Source: Octopus vulgaris (lineage: Eukaryota). Taken from it: a stretch of 64,000 bases of DNA. The position numbers and the translations under genes are program-made. Location: assembly GCA_951406725.2 (NCBI GenBank), contig OX597839.1, positions 2,914,001 to 2,978,000 of the forward strand, read 5' to 3'. Below, piece by piece: positions 1 through 13,827 of the stretch; positions within the stretch are counted from its first letter, which is position 1, and every line of letters begins with the position of its first letter. The notes below the pieces were generated by a model. It made no database searches and had not been told where the DNA came from. It saw only the letters and a list, made by a program, of their open reading frames with translations.

Positions 1-189
1 CCAGCAGTGAGTGGTGGTGATCCCTGCTGTACTCTTTCGCTACAACTTTCTCTCACTCTTTCTTCTGTTGGCCTGCTCGCTTAGCCAGTGGGGTGGCGTC
101 ACTTGAAGGCTAAAACAATGCAAAGTGCATTGTGACCAGCGATGTGTAGCGTCATCTGATAGCCTGGTCGGTCATGGTGATCATGGTGG
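1..189 (+). mobile_element. SINE family C (tRNA-derived), core plus tail type 1, 5' part outside window
   Basis: Matches the reverse complement of the copies at 8547-8854 and 29768-30068 (gatccctgctgtactctttc...gaccagcgatg...ggtgatca). Confidence 0.85.
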
Positions 190-212
190 TGATATATATA
201 TATATACCTCTC

Positions 213-621
213 TTTTACTCTCTCTCATTTACTTGTTTCAGTCATTTGACTGCGGCCATGCTGGAGCACCGCCTTTAGTCGAGCAAATCGACCCCGGGAC
301 TTATTCTTTGTAAGCCCAGTACTTATTCTATCTGTCTCTTTTTGCCAAACCGCTAAGTGACGGAGACATAAACACACCAGCATTGGTTGTCAAGCAATGC
401 TGGGAGGACAAACATACACACACAAACACAAACACACACATATATATATACATATATACGACAGGCTTCTTTCAGTGTCCGTCTACCAAATCCACTCACA
501 AGGCATTGGTTGGCCCGGGTCTATAGCAGAAGACACTTGCCCAAGATGTCACGCAATGGGACTGAACCCGGAACCATGTGGTTGGTTAGCAAGCTACTTA
601 CCACACAGCCACTCCTGTGCC
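213..621 (-). mobile_element. SINE family A, full length
   Basis: Reverse complement of 44725-45146: tRNA-like head, internal (TA)/(TG) microsatellite, LINE-like tail ggcggtgctccagcatggccgcagtcaaatgactgaaac. Confidence 0.9.
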
Positions 622-1861
622 TATTTATATATATATATGTGTATGTGTGTGTATATAATATATATATACACACACACACAAACAGACATGCACACATAGG
701 ATAGGCTTCCATACAGTTTCCATCAAATTCACTTACAAGGTTTTGTTGAACCCAAGGCTATAATAGGCGACACCCTTAGTGCTGCTGCACAAAGGGACTG
801 AATCCAAAACTACGTAGTTGCGAGTAACCATACCGTGTCTATGGTGAACTTACTCTTTCTTGTAACTTAGCGGTTCAGCAAAAGTGACTGATAGAATAAG
901 TATCAGGCTTAAAATAAGCACTGGGGTCAAATCATTAGATTAAAAATTCTTTAAGGCTGTTACCCTAGAATGGCCACAGTCTAATGGCTGAAACAATAAC
1001 AAAAATAAAAGATTAGTAAAATTAAATTGATGATTGGAATCTATATCAGCATTGAAATTTTGAGGGAAGGTTTCAGTTTAGACCTCCTGGAAGCAAGAAT
1101 CTTGAAGTGCGGAACCAGTCTCAGGTAGGTTGGCTTTTGACAGTATAAATACAAGTGATTTTAGAATCCTGACCCTTCTTCACGCCATTACTACGGTACC
1201 CATTAACATTGAAATGATTTTACCCTGTAACCCTCTCCTCATTTGTTTTCTTCAACCTGGTCTTTCTTTCTTAATTATTTTTTCTCACCTGGGTCCCCCC
1301 CCCCATTTATCTCCCTGCGCCGCTTACTTTTATTATATCATTTCTTAGTAAATCCTCTGTTTTGTAGATCATTTCAGAAAATTCACATTGTTTTAGTCTT
1401 ATTGAATTATTATTATTTTCATTGTTTTTTTTTTTTGTTTTTTCTCACTCACATATTGTATATTTTTTCATTAATATTTTTCTGTTTTTTTTTTCTCTTT
1501 TACATCGCTTAAAATTTTACTTGCGAGTCTTTATTTATTGGTTTTTTTTACAAATACATTTATACTTGCTCACAAAGTTTGTCTGGTGAAGCTGTGGCCT
1601 CAGTCTTTGCCACGTTCAGTTTATTTGTTCATTATTGTTGATTGTTTTTTTTTCTCCCCTTTTTTTTGTCTATTTTTTGTCATGGTGCAGTGAAACAGTT
1701 GGTACCAGTGCTCTTTGTACAAAAACATTTTTGTGTGTTCCTTTGACAAATGTCTTGTGATATTATTATTATTATTATTTCAAATCATCTGGTTTCTAAG
1801 TTTGCATATTCAATATGTATACATACGTATATGTATGTATACTTATATGTGTGTATCTATC

Positions 1862-1889
<28 letters not shown>

Positions 1890-1893
<4 letters not shown>

Positions 1894-2090
1894 AAAATTA
1901 GAAAAAAACACCTTTTATCAATTCAAAATGAACAATTAAATTACACCATCTAGAAAATTACATATAATAGAAATATTAAATATAAAATAACAATAATATA
2001 CTGATGATTAAGTAATGTGCAAAATAATGAATAAAATGTATATAATTGGTAGAATAACAAATAAGTTAGGAATAATATTCCCTCAAATTA
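1890..2090. repeat. AT-rich interspersed repeat, possibly a Penelope-like remnant
   Basis: caccttttatcaattcaaaatgaacaattaaattacaccatctagaaaatt recurs at 6935-7025/7415-7510 (split by a SINE) and partly, in both orientations, at 21365-21560. Confidence 0.6.
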
Positions 2091-2224
2091 TTATTATTAT
2101 TATTTATATATATATATATTGTTAGGGGTACTGAAAAGTAATGTATATCCTGTAATCAGTTCAGATCAGCATAAAACATATAAATATATTTAATTATTCA
2201 AACTATAATTACCATCATTAGCAA

Positions 2225-3232
2225 TAGCATTTTCCAAACTTGCACTGGTGAATAAGAGAAAATCTGATGGTGCTAAATCTGGTAAATTAGGTGGGTAAGG
2301 TACAGCTTAATCTTTTAGCATTCAAACTGACCATATCTAGCCAAAATATTCTACCAGTTCTGTGTTAAAATTAACCATATCTGGCCTCTCATGCCTATTC
2401 TACAATGTCATTCTAAAAATAATCACAATGTGAAAATCTCTTTGCTACAAGATAATGCATGATTAATTCAAAATGATGTGAATAGATAAGCATTACATTT
2501 GACAGAGTAATCTGACTGCTATAGAGTTAAGCCTTAAGGCGGCGAGCTGGCAGAAACGTTAGCACGCCGGGCGAAATGCGTAGCCGTATTTCGTCTGTCG
2601 TTAGGTTCTGAGTTCAAATTCCACCGAGGTCAACTTTGCCTTTCATTCTTTCGGGGGGTCGATAAATTAAGTACCAGTTACGCATTGGGGTCGATGTAAT
2701 CGACTTAATCCGTTTGTCTGTCCTTTTTTGTCTCTCTGTGTTTAGACCCTTGTGGGCAGTAAAGAAATATATAGAGAGTTAAGCCTCGAAGACAAGTCCC
2801 TGTTGCTTCGACATAGTTCCTCTCCAATTATTTTTACTGTGTCATTATTGAGAACAGTTGGTCTTCCTGATCAACACCCATCCAAAAGATAGAATTCATC
2901 AGTTTTGAATTTGTTAAACCACATTCGACATTTCTGAGCATTCATGCCATCAAAACATGCAATGCATATGTTTTTCCTTGCACCTGTTGCAGTACTTGTT
3001 ATGAAATTTATAAACCATGCAGTGCTGAATATGCAGTTTCCTAAAGTTCTTATCTTTAAGGGCTATATAGATACAGAGCATATAAGCACACACAACACAT
3101 GACTATATTAACATTTGGTCATTAAATCTATGCTGATTGGTTGATTACAAGGGCACCTTTTATTGGCTTCTGAACTATTTGTTGTATGACACAGACAGAA
3201 ATACAGCATTACTTTTCAGCACCCCTAATGTA
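2225..3232 (-). mobile_element. Decayed mariner transposon, interrupted by insertions
   Basis: Minus-strand peptides PPNLPDLAPSDFLL (mariner YSPDLAPSD motif) and *SGRPTVLN; TIR-like ttacttttcagcacccctaat near 3210. Confidence 0.65.
2536..2770 (+). mobile_element. SINE family B (MetaSINE-like, tRNA-derived)
   Basis: Head ggcggcgagctggcagaa...gagttcaaattcc; core gcctttcat..tttcggggtcgataaattaagtaccag; TSD agagttaagcct at 2523-2534 and 2775-2786. Confidence 0.9.
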
Positions 3233-3349
3233 TATATTAAAAAAAGAGAACCCACCTGTGTATCTATATAATATAATGTGTATGTATGTATGTATGTATG
3301 TATATATATATATATATATATACTCACATACATACATACATCTTTTGAG

Positions 3350-3565
3350 TGCGGTCGTTGCCAAAACTGCCTGACTGGCCCTCGTGCCGGTGGTATGTAA
3401 AAGCACCCACTACACTCTCGGAGTGATTGGCATTAGGAAGGGCATCCAGCTGTAGAAACGTTGCCAGATCAAATTGGAGCCTGGTGCAGCCTTCTGGCTC
3501 CCCAGTCCCTAGTCAAACCGTCCAACCCATGCCAGCATGGAAAGCGGACATTAAATGATGATGAT
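3350..3565 (+). mobile_element. SINE-like family D (RTE-related, (GAT)n tail)
   Basis: ttaggaagggcatccagctgtagaaac...gcatggaaagcggac(g/a)ttaaa(c/t)gatgatgat; other copies at 20140-20368 (+), 21020-21170 (-), 22580-22780 (-), 28729-29105 (-). Confidence 0.8.
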
Positions 3566-4179
3566 ATATATATATATATATACATACACATATATTGTTA
3601 GTTTTTGTTTATCTTAAAACAGCCACTCCATGCTGATGATAAGGCTAAGACGGCATATGGATGTAGATGAAGGACTTACTGTAAATGTAAGGGACTTAGA
3701 TGACATGTAGGAAATCTTTATTTTAAAAGAATTAAAAAACAGTTGTATTTTCAATTTAACTCTCACATGCAACATACATATGTACACACATACATCCACA
3801 TGTTTGTATGCATAATATACACACGCACACACACACATAATATAAACTAGATGTCAATATCTAAGCCTTGTTCAAGTCTAATTATGTTACCTATGGAGAA
3901 AACCAAACAATACCCAAAGAAGGGTAAGAGCCACTACTGTGGTATAGGTTATTACTGTATATAGTAATATTACTAGTTGTGATACAGAGTGTATATAGCA
4001 GAAATTACGATAAACACAAAGCTTATATTATTTGTTCATATGTAAGTTTTATCATTGTGGTTGTTTGAAGGTTCCCAGTGTGATTGGGTGCTGAACCACA
4101 ATGGATCACCTAAGGGACACTTCATTGATTTATGTTAAAGAGATCTGTTTATATATGCTTTAATTTCCATGCATGTATA

Positions 4180-4620
4180 TGTGTGGCTGTGTTGTAAGAA
4201 ACTTTGCTTCCCAACCACATGGTTACAGGTTCAGTCCCACTGCATGCAACCTTTGGCGAGTGACTTCTATGATAGCCTCGGGCCAACCAAAACCTTGTGA
4301 GTGGATTTGGTAGACGGAACCCGAAAGAAACCCATTGTGTGTGTGTGTGTGTGTGTATTTGTATATATATATATATAGGTATAATGTATATAGCTATATG
4401 TATGTATGTGAGTTTGTGTCTGTTTTTGTTCCCCCATCGGCACTTGACAACTGATGTCAGTGTGTTTATGTCCCCATAACTTAGCAGTTCAGCAAAAGTG
4501 CAAGGTAGAATAACTACTAGGCTTATAAAATAAATTCCGGGATCAATTCATTTCGTTAAAACCTTTCAGTGTGGTGCTCCAGCATGGCCACAGTCAAATG
4601 ACAGAAACAAGTAAAAGAAT
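4180..4620 (+). mobile_element. SINE family A, diverged
   Basis: Collinear with 44725-45146, with many CpG>TpG/CpA changes. Confidence 0.85.
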
Positions 4621-6417
4621 ATGTGTGTGTGTATTTTAATACGTATATATCTGTATCTTTGTGTTTGGTTATATATCTATATATATATGTGTGTATATGT
4701 ATATATACACATATCTTTTGGTGTTGTCTGTGTGTCTCGTACCTCTGTTCCATATTCATTATGTTAACCAGTGTATATATAATTATACATTAACTGTTGT
4801 CCAGTGTTCAGTATTCAGCATTTGACATTTGGTGTTGTGACGTACATCTGCTTTTTCTCTCATTCATTTCTGATTTGTTAAATTAACATATTTATTTACT
4901 AATTTTTATTTTGACTCATTCATTTATCATTAATTAATTGATTTCAATTTTGCAATTTTACATCAAGGTTTTGTTTTATTTATTGAAAAAAGCTTTTTTT
5001 TTTTTTTTTTTTACTTCTCCCTGTCCAGCCCCCTGTTGTTATGAAACCCAGCACCCTTCATCCCCACATATACACCACCATCATATTATTGTCATCATGC
5101 CATGTCCACCTAACCCCTGCTCCGTCTTTCACCTCAATGTCCTCATGCTTATTCATATATGTATATATTATTTACATCTGTTTGTTGTGTTTGTGTTGTG
5201 CCTCCTCACCACCACCACCACCATTAAATTCAAACTTGCAGGTTTTCCTGCATGGTTTGTTGTTAAAAAGCTCCATGGAACAATTGATGTAACGAGCGAT
5301 TTCCCATGTGTTGAAAGAATGATTGTCATGTGTTGTAATATAAATAATTTGTGCCTTCCTAATCCCAAATCCTTCATTTATTATTGTTTAATTGTTTTTG
5401 CCTTGTTTTCTTACAAATAACTCTGAGACCCTACCTTTTCCTCCTATCTCTACCTATCCCTATTTCTCTCTATCTGTCTGACTCTTTGTCTCCATATACA
5501 TATATATACATATATATATATATAGAAGATCAGTGTTCATAAATATATGTTTTGTCTTCTGCATTAACCTTACTTAAAAGCATTTGCAATTTGCATGTTT
5601 TTCCATATGTTTGTTTAATTTTACTCATATTTATGAAAAAAAAAAAAAGTTGTTTTTGCTGTTTAATTAGAATGTTATATTTCTTTGTTTACACATTTCC
5701 ATTGGTTTCTTTGTTTTCTTGAATTTATATCCTGTTATTATTTTCTTGTTGAAATTTGTTAAAAAAAATGGACCTTTTCCCTCACCAATAATTGTTTTCA
5801 TAGAAATTAAAATTTCTGAAATTTTCATTATAACTCTCAGTCCCTGACACATCAGGCTTATTATTTAACCATTAGTATGCTGTAGACACATCATTCCAAC
5901 ATATTAGTTTCCTCCCTTCTCAATGTGACACAATGCACCTGCAGCAACAGGGGAGACAACTTGTATGATGACATGATGTGGCTAAGCATGCTAAAGGTTA
6001 ATCTATGTTACTTTGCTAATTAGAGCTTGTACATGTTATCATTTCAAGTGAGCATATGTTTAGGTTATCATTGTTATAAACTACAAAAATTCGATGACTA
6101 TTATAATAATTAACTCAAGTAATTGGAAGGTGGAGTGGGGGTGCACTTATTGTTTCTATTCCCCCTAAAATAAACTTCCCTAAGCTTGCAGAGGCAAAGT
6201 CCCAAAAGGTTATTTTTTATTTGTTTATGGTACTTTGAATATTATTAACTTCCTCTGTAGTCCATGTTTGTAGGTATGTGTATATATGTATATATATGTG
6301 TTTGTAAATATATATATACACTTATGTATATATATATACATATATATATATATCGTGTGTATATGTATGTATGTATATATGTGTGTGTGTGTGTGTATAT
6401 ATGTGGGTGTATGTAAA

Positions 6418-6612
6418 CAGTGTGACCCGAAAGTAGGTTTACAGTCATCAGGTAGGCACTTTCAATTTCTTTTAAAGCATTTTATTACGTTTATATTTCT
6501 ATCTCACAATTAACTAAATTAGCATAGAATAATAGTTTCAGATTTTATTTATAATTGATATATGAATGCAAAAGAGGTAGTTGAATAATTGCAAACGTAC
6601 TTTTGGGGGGTG
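6418..6612. mobile_element. Tc1/mariner MITE, decayed copy
   Basis: Homologous to 14203-14451 (aaagtaggtttacagt...gttgaataattg). Confidence 0.7.
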
Positions 6613-7029
6613 TATGTATGTGTATATATATGTATGTATATATGTATGTATATATGTATGTATGTATATACATACGTATGCATGTATATATATACGTATG
6701 CATGTATATATATGTATGTATATATATGTATGTGTGTATGTATGTATGTATATATATATATGCAGGTATATGTATGTAAAAAAAACTTAGTGGTTAAAAA
6801 ATAAGCAACAGAATTGGTCACACAAATTCAAATCATCTCCATATATTCACACCGAAGAATATGAATACATATAAAAATACCGGAATGTGTAGTACATAAA
6901 ACCTGACGGTATAGAAATATGCATGCATATATATAAAATTAGAATTAAACCACCTTTTATCAATTCAAAATGAACAATTAAATTACACCATCTAGAAAAT
7001 TATATATAATAGAAATATTAAAATTAAAA

Positions 7030-7415
7030 GGCTGTGTGGTAAGTAGCTTGCTAACCAACCACATGGTTCCGGGTTCAGTCCCACTGCGTGGCATCTTGGG
7101 CAAGTGTCTTCTGCTATAGCCTCGGGCCGACCAATGCCTTGTGAGTGGATTTGGTAGACGGAAACTGAAAGAAGCCTGTCGTATATATGTATATGTATGT
7201 GTGTGTGCTTGTGTGTCTGTTTGTCCCCCTAGCATTGCTTGACAACTGATGCTGGTGTGTTTACGTCCCCGTCACTTAGCGGTTCGGCAAAAGAGACCGA
7301 TAGAATAAGTACTGGGCTTACAAAGAATAAGTCCCGGGGTCGATTTGCTCGACTAAAGGCAGTGCTCCAGCATGGCCGCAGTCAAATGACTGAAACAAGT
7401 AAATGAGTAAAGAGT
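7030..7415 (+). mobile_element. SINE family A
   Basis: Near-identical to 44735-45130; inserted into the AT-rich repeat shared with 1890-2090. Confidence 0.9.
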
Positions 7416-7768
7416 AATAAAATGTCAATGATTAAGTAAATTGCAAAAAAATAATAAAAAGATATATAATTGGTAGAATTATTGGATTTTATTTCCTCAA
7501 ATAATAAATATATATATAAAAAAAAAACAAGTACAAAAAAACAAGTGAAGACCTGTAAATAAGTGTATGAAGAAAATATAAATGTATATAGCAGGGTAAT
7601 TAAAAATAATAGTTAGACTATTGAATGTAAAGAAAAAGGAACATGAAATAATGTAGTGTATATGTATGTATATCTATATATATATATATATATGTATGTA
7701 TATATGTGTATGTATGTATGTGTGTATGTATGTATGTATATATGTGTGTATGTGTATATGTGTGTGTG

Positions 7769-7804
<36 letters not shown>

Positions 7805-8258
7805 TTGCAGATTACACATTAAAACAACAACTCAGCAGTGTCCCCTTTATCAGGACAAAAAAAATATATGTCCATCAGAGAGGTTTCCCATTCTGGTAAT
7901 CCATCATTATTAATAAGCCATAGGAAATTTATTTTGCTCTGTTATGGAAGAACACAGCCACTATTTCACTAATGTGCTGTCATTTGCTAGTAAATTTAAT
8001 CAACTGAATTTTTCTGAGTTTGTTTTCATTTTTAGTATATAATTACATTTTTCATTTTTCTCTATGATTTATTTGTAGCCTTTTCTTTATAAATATTTTT
8101 AAAATGTCTTTTCTGCTGCATTTTCAGTTTTGTTTCTTTGTTAATATTTTGTTTTACACACACACAATCTGTTGGTCTATCTATTTATCTTTCTACACAT
8201 ACACACAAATAAAATATACATAGATATGAATGCATGTATGTATATTAATAATATATAC

Positions 8259-8411
8259 AGGTGTGGCTGTATGGTTAGAAGCTTACTTTCCAATCACATG
8301 GTTCCAGGTTCTGTCCAACTGTGTGGCATCTTGGGCATGTGTCTTCTACTATAGCCACAGGCCGACCAGATCCTTGTGAGTGGATTTGGTAGATGGAAAC
8401 TGAAAGAAGCT

Positions 8412-8412
<1 letters not shown>
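8259..8412 (+). mobile_element. SINE family A, 5' half
   Basis: Head through gtagatggaaactgaaagaagc. Confidence 0.8.
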
Positions 8413-8440
<28 letters not shown>

Positions 8441-8448
<8 letters not shown>

Positions 8449-9640
8449 CAAATAAGAAAATATTTAGTTGGTTCATCAGCTTTCGGATATTAGAATGTTG
8501 ACTTATTTATTCATTTAACAAAAATGAGAACCTTAATAACATAGATATCACGTGATCACATGACCGACCAGATCATCAGATATAGTTACACATCGCTGGT
8601 CACAATGCTTTCGCATTGTTTTAGCCTTCGAATGACGCCACCCCACTGGCTAAGCGAGAAGGCCGACAGAAGAAAGAGTGGGAGAAAGAGTGGTGAAAGA
8701 GTACAGCAGGGATCGCCACCCCCTGCCGGAACCTCGTGGAGCTATTAGGTGTTTTCACTCAATAAACACTCACAACGCCCAGTCTGGGAATCGAAACCGC
8801 GATCCTGCGACTGCGAGTCCACTGCCCTAACCACTAGGCCATTGCGCCTCCACAACATACATATATACATTATAATTCAATACATATAAGATAAGAATAC
8901 AATCATAAGAATCTTAATATAAATTATTGAAATCATTAAAATCACTCTTACAGAAATTCGTTAATCCTAAATATTAATTCTTTGATGTAATTGCCCTTAG
9001 TTGGTATAGGTATATCCTTTAGCGATGAATCCATCTGTATTATCTCCATTTTCCCAACAGTATTCATTTTGAGGGATTATTATACTATACTTAAATGTAT
9101 TCACTTATACTAGCAATACTCCAAATATTGCATAGATAATTCATACATATACAAGTATTAGCAATATATATTTCTCATATGATTAATTATTTAACACCAA
9201 GTAAGTTAGGGGTTGTGGATCTAACCCACTAAGGGATAATATTTATCCAATGTACTGTTGGTATAATACCCAAATTATTAATACACAAGTGTTTTTAGTT
9301 GCAATGCAATTAACTTATTTATTGTATTAAATGGGTGATGGTAAAGAAATATTTTTACCGTTAATTTATAATACAAATAAGAAAATAGAGAAACAATTTA
9401 GTTGGTTCATCAGCTTTCGGATATTAGAATGTTGACTTATTTATTTAACAAAAACGAGAACCTTAATAACAAACATATATACATTATAATTCAATACATA
9501 TAAGATAAGAATACAATTATAAGAATCTTAATATAAATTATTGAAATCATTAAAATCACTCTTACAGAAATTCGTTAATCCTAAATATTAATTCTTTGAT
9601 GTAATTGTCCTTAGTTGGTATAGGTAATATCCTTTAGCGA
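8441..9640. repeat. Direct repeat pair of about 270 bp (8441-9025 with a SINE inserted; 9367-9640 empty)
   Basis: Near-identical text from tataatacaaataagaaaat to tatcctttagcga in both copies. Confidence 0.9.
8547..8854 (-). mobile_element. SINE family C, tail type 1, full length
   Basis: Reverse complement begins gtggaggcgcaatggcctagtggttagggcag (A box) ... ggtttcgattccc (B box); absent from the second copy of the direct repeat. Confidence 0.9.
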
Positions 9641-9834
9641 AAGTCAACATATGAAATTTTAAACAATAAAAAAATTCTAATATCGTAACAAATTGTTTTA
9701 TAACTTAAAAGCGTGTAAATAATTTAGATTATTATATTTAATAATAAATAATTACTTACATTCCTGCATTAATGCAAAAAAATCCTTCAAAGTAATGCAG
9801 AATTGAAGCTACACACATAGATGCATAGTCATAT

Positions 9835-10745
9835 GCCTTTCATCCATTTTTGGGTCAATGAAATAAGTACCAGCTGAGTGCTGGGGGTTGATGTAATTGA
9901 CTATTCCCCACCCACAAGTTTCAGGTCTTGTGCCTATAGTAGGAAGAGCTATTAGTAGTGTAAAGATGGTGAGTGAATGGAATCGTTAGCATGTTGGACA
10001 AAATTCTTAGCAGCATTTCATCTGACTCTTGACTTTCTGAGTTCAGATTCTACCGTGGTCAACTTTCACGGATTGATAAAGCAAGTTCCAGTTAAGCTCT
10101 GGGACCTATGTATTTGATCTTCCTCCTTTGCCTAAAATGTGTTTTAACTTCAAATTCCGCTGAGGATGAAATTGCCTTTCATCCCTTTGGGATCAATAAA
10201 ACCAGTTGAACACTGGGGCTTGATGTAATCAATTAATCCCCAAAATTTGGGCAAAAATGTGAAAGAATAATAATAATTATTATTATTGTTTTGTAAAGCT
10301 GCAAGCTGGTAGAATTGTTAACATAGCAGGCAAAATGCTTAGTGGCATGTTGTCTGTTTTTATGATCTAAGTTCAAATTATGCCAAAGCTTACTTTACCT
10401 TTCATCCTTTCTGGGTCAATAAGATACATACCATTTGGGCACTGGCCTGAAACTGCTGGTCTTGAGCCAAAATTTGATAGCCTTTCATCTATTTGGGGTC
10501 AATAAAATGCCACCCCCAAAATTTCAGGCCTTGCACCTATAATAGAAAGGATTACTATTATTATCATCATTATTATTATGTAAGGCAGTGAGCTAGCAGA
10601 GATGTTCCCTAGCTGGGTACCTCTCTTTTTTCCGAGTTCAAATTCCACCTAAATAGACTTTGCCTTTAACACTGGAGTTGATGTAATCAACTAGTCCCCA
10701 CCTCCAAAATTTCAGGCCTTGCGCCTCTGGTAGAAAGGATCATTC
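9835..10745 (+). mobile_element. Cluster of old, degenerate family B SINE copies
   Basis: Repeated gcctttcatcc...gggtcaataaa...taccagttga..actgggg..gatgtaatc modules, all in the same orientation and CpG-depleted. Confidence 0.75.
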
Positions 10746-11474
10746 TTACTATTAGCATCATTATTTTAAGCACTTCTGTGTTTGCTTAACCACTGGCCTT
10801 TTTCTCACATCACTTTTCCATTTGTCTATGTATAATTGTCTTCTTTTGTTTTTAAAATTATCTGTCTTTCATTCTTCCTTTTTCTGTTGTTTTCGTTTTC
10901 ATTTGACCCATTATTCATATTTTATTTTATTTTATTATTTTTATTTTTTTTTTACTTCCAGGTTCACCTTGGGGTTGGCTCTGATATTCATTGCAGCATC
11001 AAAGTGTAGAAGAAAAAATTAGTAGGGCTTCTAGTTGTTTTCTGTCCTGCGCTATCCTGACATCAGTGTGTTAAACCTGAATCTACTACAAAAAAACTCT
11101 GCACGTATTCAACTTGACCACAACAAGCTTTTTTTTTTTTAATGTTTTTTTTTAAAAACTTTTCCAACTTTCCTTCGTTCCTTTTTCCTCCTCACTCTGT
11201 CTCTCCCCCATATTTTAAAATTTATCCCTTCCCCCCTTTATATATATATACACACACACATACTCACACAAATATTTATATACCTATTTGTGTTTGTGTA
11301 TATTCATACATGTGCAAGTATGTGTATATGTATGTATATATATATGTATGTATATATGTGTATATATATATATATATATGTATGTGTATGCATATATATG
11401 TATGTATATGCATATATATATATGTGTATTTGTGTGTGTATGTATATATATATATGTATATGTGTGTGTATGTA

Positions 11475-11514
<40 letters not shown>

Positions 11515-11583
11515 GATATGTGTGTGTGTGAGTTATATGTAATTATGTATCTGTGTGTGTGTGTCTGGATGTATGCATGTATA

Positions 11584-11616
<33 letters not shown>

Positions 11617-12354
11617 AACAGATTACATACATACAAGCCCCTCTGCTTCTTCACAGCCCTAGCATCTCCCAATTCTTCCTCTCTCTCTTCTTGTCCCACC
11701 CTCTTTCCCGTTCTATATAAATAACCACAGGTTTTAATTAACTAACTAACCAGTGGTTACACTCAACTGACCAACGGTTGTAATAAACTTACTACCGTCG
11801 TATTTCTGCATCAGTGGAATTCAGGATCACCATCCATTTTTTTTGTTAATTTTTAATTCTTTTTTTTTTTTTTTTGCTTGCTTTCATTCTTCTGTTTCTT
11901 CCAACCCCCAAACCTTCATCCCAGCCCCAATGGCCCCCTCCTTATCACTGCAGCCAGCATGAGTTAGGGTGGTACTGATTTATGTAATGTAATGTAATGT
12001 GATGGTGGTGGTGGTGGTCATGGCTGGGGGTGTCATGTACGGAGGGGGATGTAAATTATGTGCAAGAGTAGAGGTGGCTGGGCTGGGGGCGATGGAAGAA
12101 ACCGAAACAAACCAAAAAGAAAAAAAAAACAAAACAAATAATCATGACAAACTAAAAAAAAAATCTTTTAATATTTAAAAAAAAAAAGAATCGACACACT
12201 ACTGTATATAAATGAGTCACAGCTGCAGTCTGGTCTGTGAGCGTCATGCAGTTGTACCCCTCCCACCCACCCATCCATCCATCATTCATTTGTTGCTTTT
12301 CACTGACCTCGTTAAAGGAGGAAAATGCAATCATGCTTTCGATTTTCATTATCT

Positions 12355-12720
12355 ATTACTTGTTTCAGTCATTTGATTGTGGCCATGCTGGAGCACCACC
12401 TTTAGCTGAGCAAATTCTTTGTGAGCCTAGTACTTATTCTATCGGTCTCTTTTGCTGAACTGCTAAGTTACGCGGACATAGACACACCAGCATCTGTTGT
12501 CAAGCAATGTTACTGGGACAAGCACAGACACATAAACATATATATATACACACACATATATATACGATGGGCTTCTTTCAGTTTCCGTCTACCAAATCCA
12601 CTCACAAGCCTTGGTCAGCCTGAGGCTTTAAGTAAAAGACACTTGCCCAAGGTGCCATGCAGTGGGACTGAACCCGAAACCATGTGGTTGGTAAGCAAGC
12701 TACTTACCACACAGCCACTC
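12355..12720 (-). mobile_element. SINE family A
   Basis: Reverse-complement match to the family A copies. Confidence 0.85.
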
Positions 12721-13314
12721 AAGCACTTTATCCACTGGCCTACAGATAACAATTGCTTCGAATTTAGACACAAAGGTTGCAATTTTGAGTAGGGAACTTT
12801 AGTTAGGCAATAATAATAATAATAGTAGCAGTGGTAATATCAACCTGCAGAAAAGTACCATCCTGGGACAGATTCTTGAGATTTGAGGAAACTTGTCACC
12901 AAACCTCAGGAATCAATCTTAATAATAATAATAATAATAATGATGATGAAGATTAAGATTTGTTATATTTGCTACAAGGACCCAAGACAGAATAATTCAA
13001 GGACAAAAAGATAAAATATAAAACACAAATTTATGTATATTCTTTTCTACTCTAGGCACAAGGCCCAAAATGTTTTTGGAGTGGGGGCCAGTCGATTAGA
13101 TCAACCCTAGTGTGCAACAGTTACTTAATTTATCGACCCTGAAAGGATGTTTATATTGCTATGTAAAAGTAATATTTTACAAACATTTCACCAGATCTAG
13201 TTCCTGCAGGTTTTGGGTTTTATTCTGTTATTTAATCTTTTAATTTAATTTTAAACACTCACACATTTATACTTGTATGTATGTGTATAATATATAATAC
13301 ACACACACATACAT

Positions 13315-13610
13315 ATTCTTTTATTCTTTTACTTGTTTCAGTCATTTGACTGCGGCCATGCTGGAGCACCGCCTTTAATCGAGCAACTCGACTCCGGGAC
13401 TTATTCTTTTGTAAGCCCAGTACTTATTCTATCGGTCTCTTGCCGAACCGCTAAGTAACGGGGACATAGACACACCAGCATCGGTTGTCAAGCAATGCTA
13501 GGAGGACAAACACAGACACAAACACACACATGCATATATATATATATATATATACATATATACGACGGGCTTCTTTCAGTTTCCGTCTACCAAATCCACT
13601 CACAAGGCTT
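13315..13610 (-). mobile_element. SINE family A, 5'-truncated
   Basis: Tail and central part match family A. Confidence 0.85.
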
Positions 13611-13696
13611 TGGATAATATATAATATACACACACACACACACACACATACATATATAATGGAATAAGAAATGGTAAAGTCCTTGATACAGTATTA

Positions 13697-13827
13697 TATA
13701 TTTGAGAAAAATGAACAGAAATGGCTTTTCTGATAATTTTTCTGATTCAATAATTAGATGAAACATCTAATTATTAAAGTGGAGAAATTATCAGAAAAAC
13801 CATTTCTGTTCATTTTTCTCAAATATC
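13697..13827. repeat. Palindrome/hairpin of about 130 bp
   Basis: atatttgagaaaaatgaacagaaatgg...aataattagatg AAA catctaattatt...ccatttctgttcatttttctcaaatat. Confidence 0.85.

Noticed and set aside
387-704. Recurring ORFs such as ASFSFRLPNPLTR...GTEPGTMWLVSKLLTTQP (also 6978, 12421, 44249, 47700, 55579)
   Set aside because: Translations of SINE family A.
2536-2625. tRNA-like sequences at SINE heads
   Set aside because: A/B boxes are present, but they continue into SINE bodies with TSDs and lack a proper cloverleaf and terminator.
3680-3715. 36-nt minus-strand exon candidate ISYMSSKSLTFT
   Set aside because: Weak AAG acceptor, no partner exons, and it conflicts with + strand signals.
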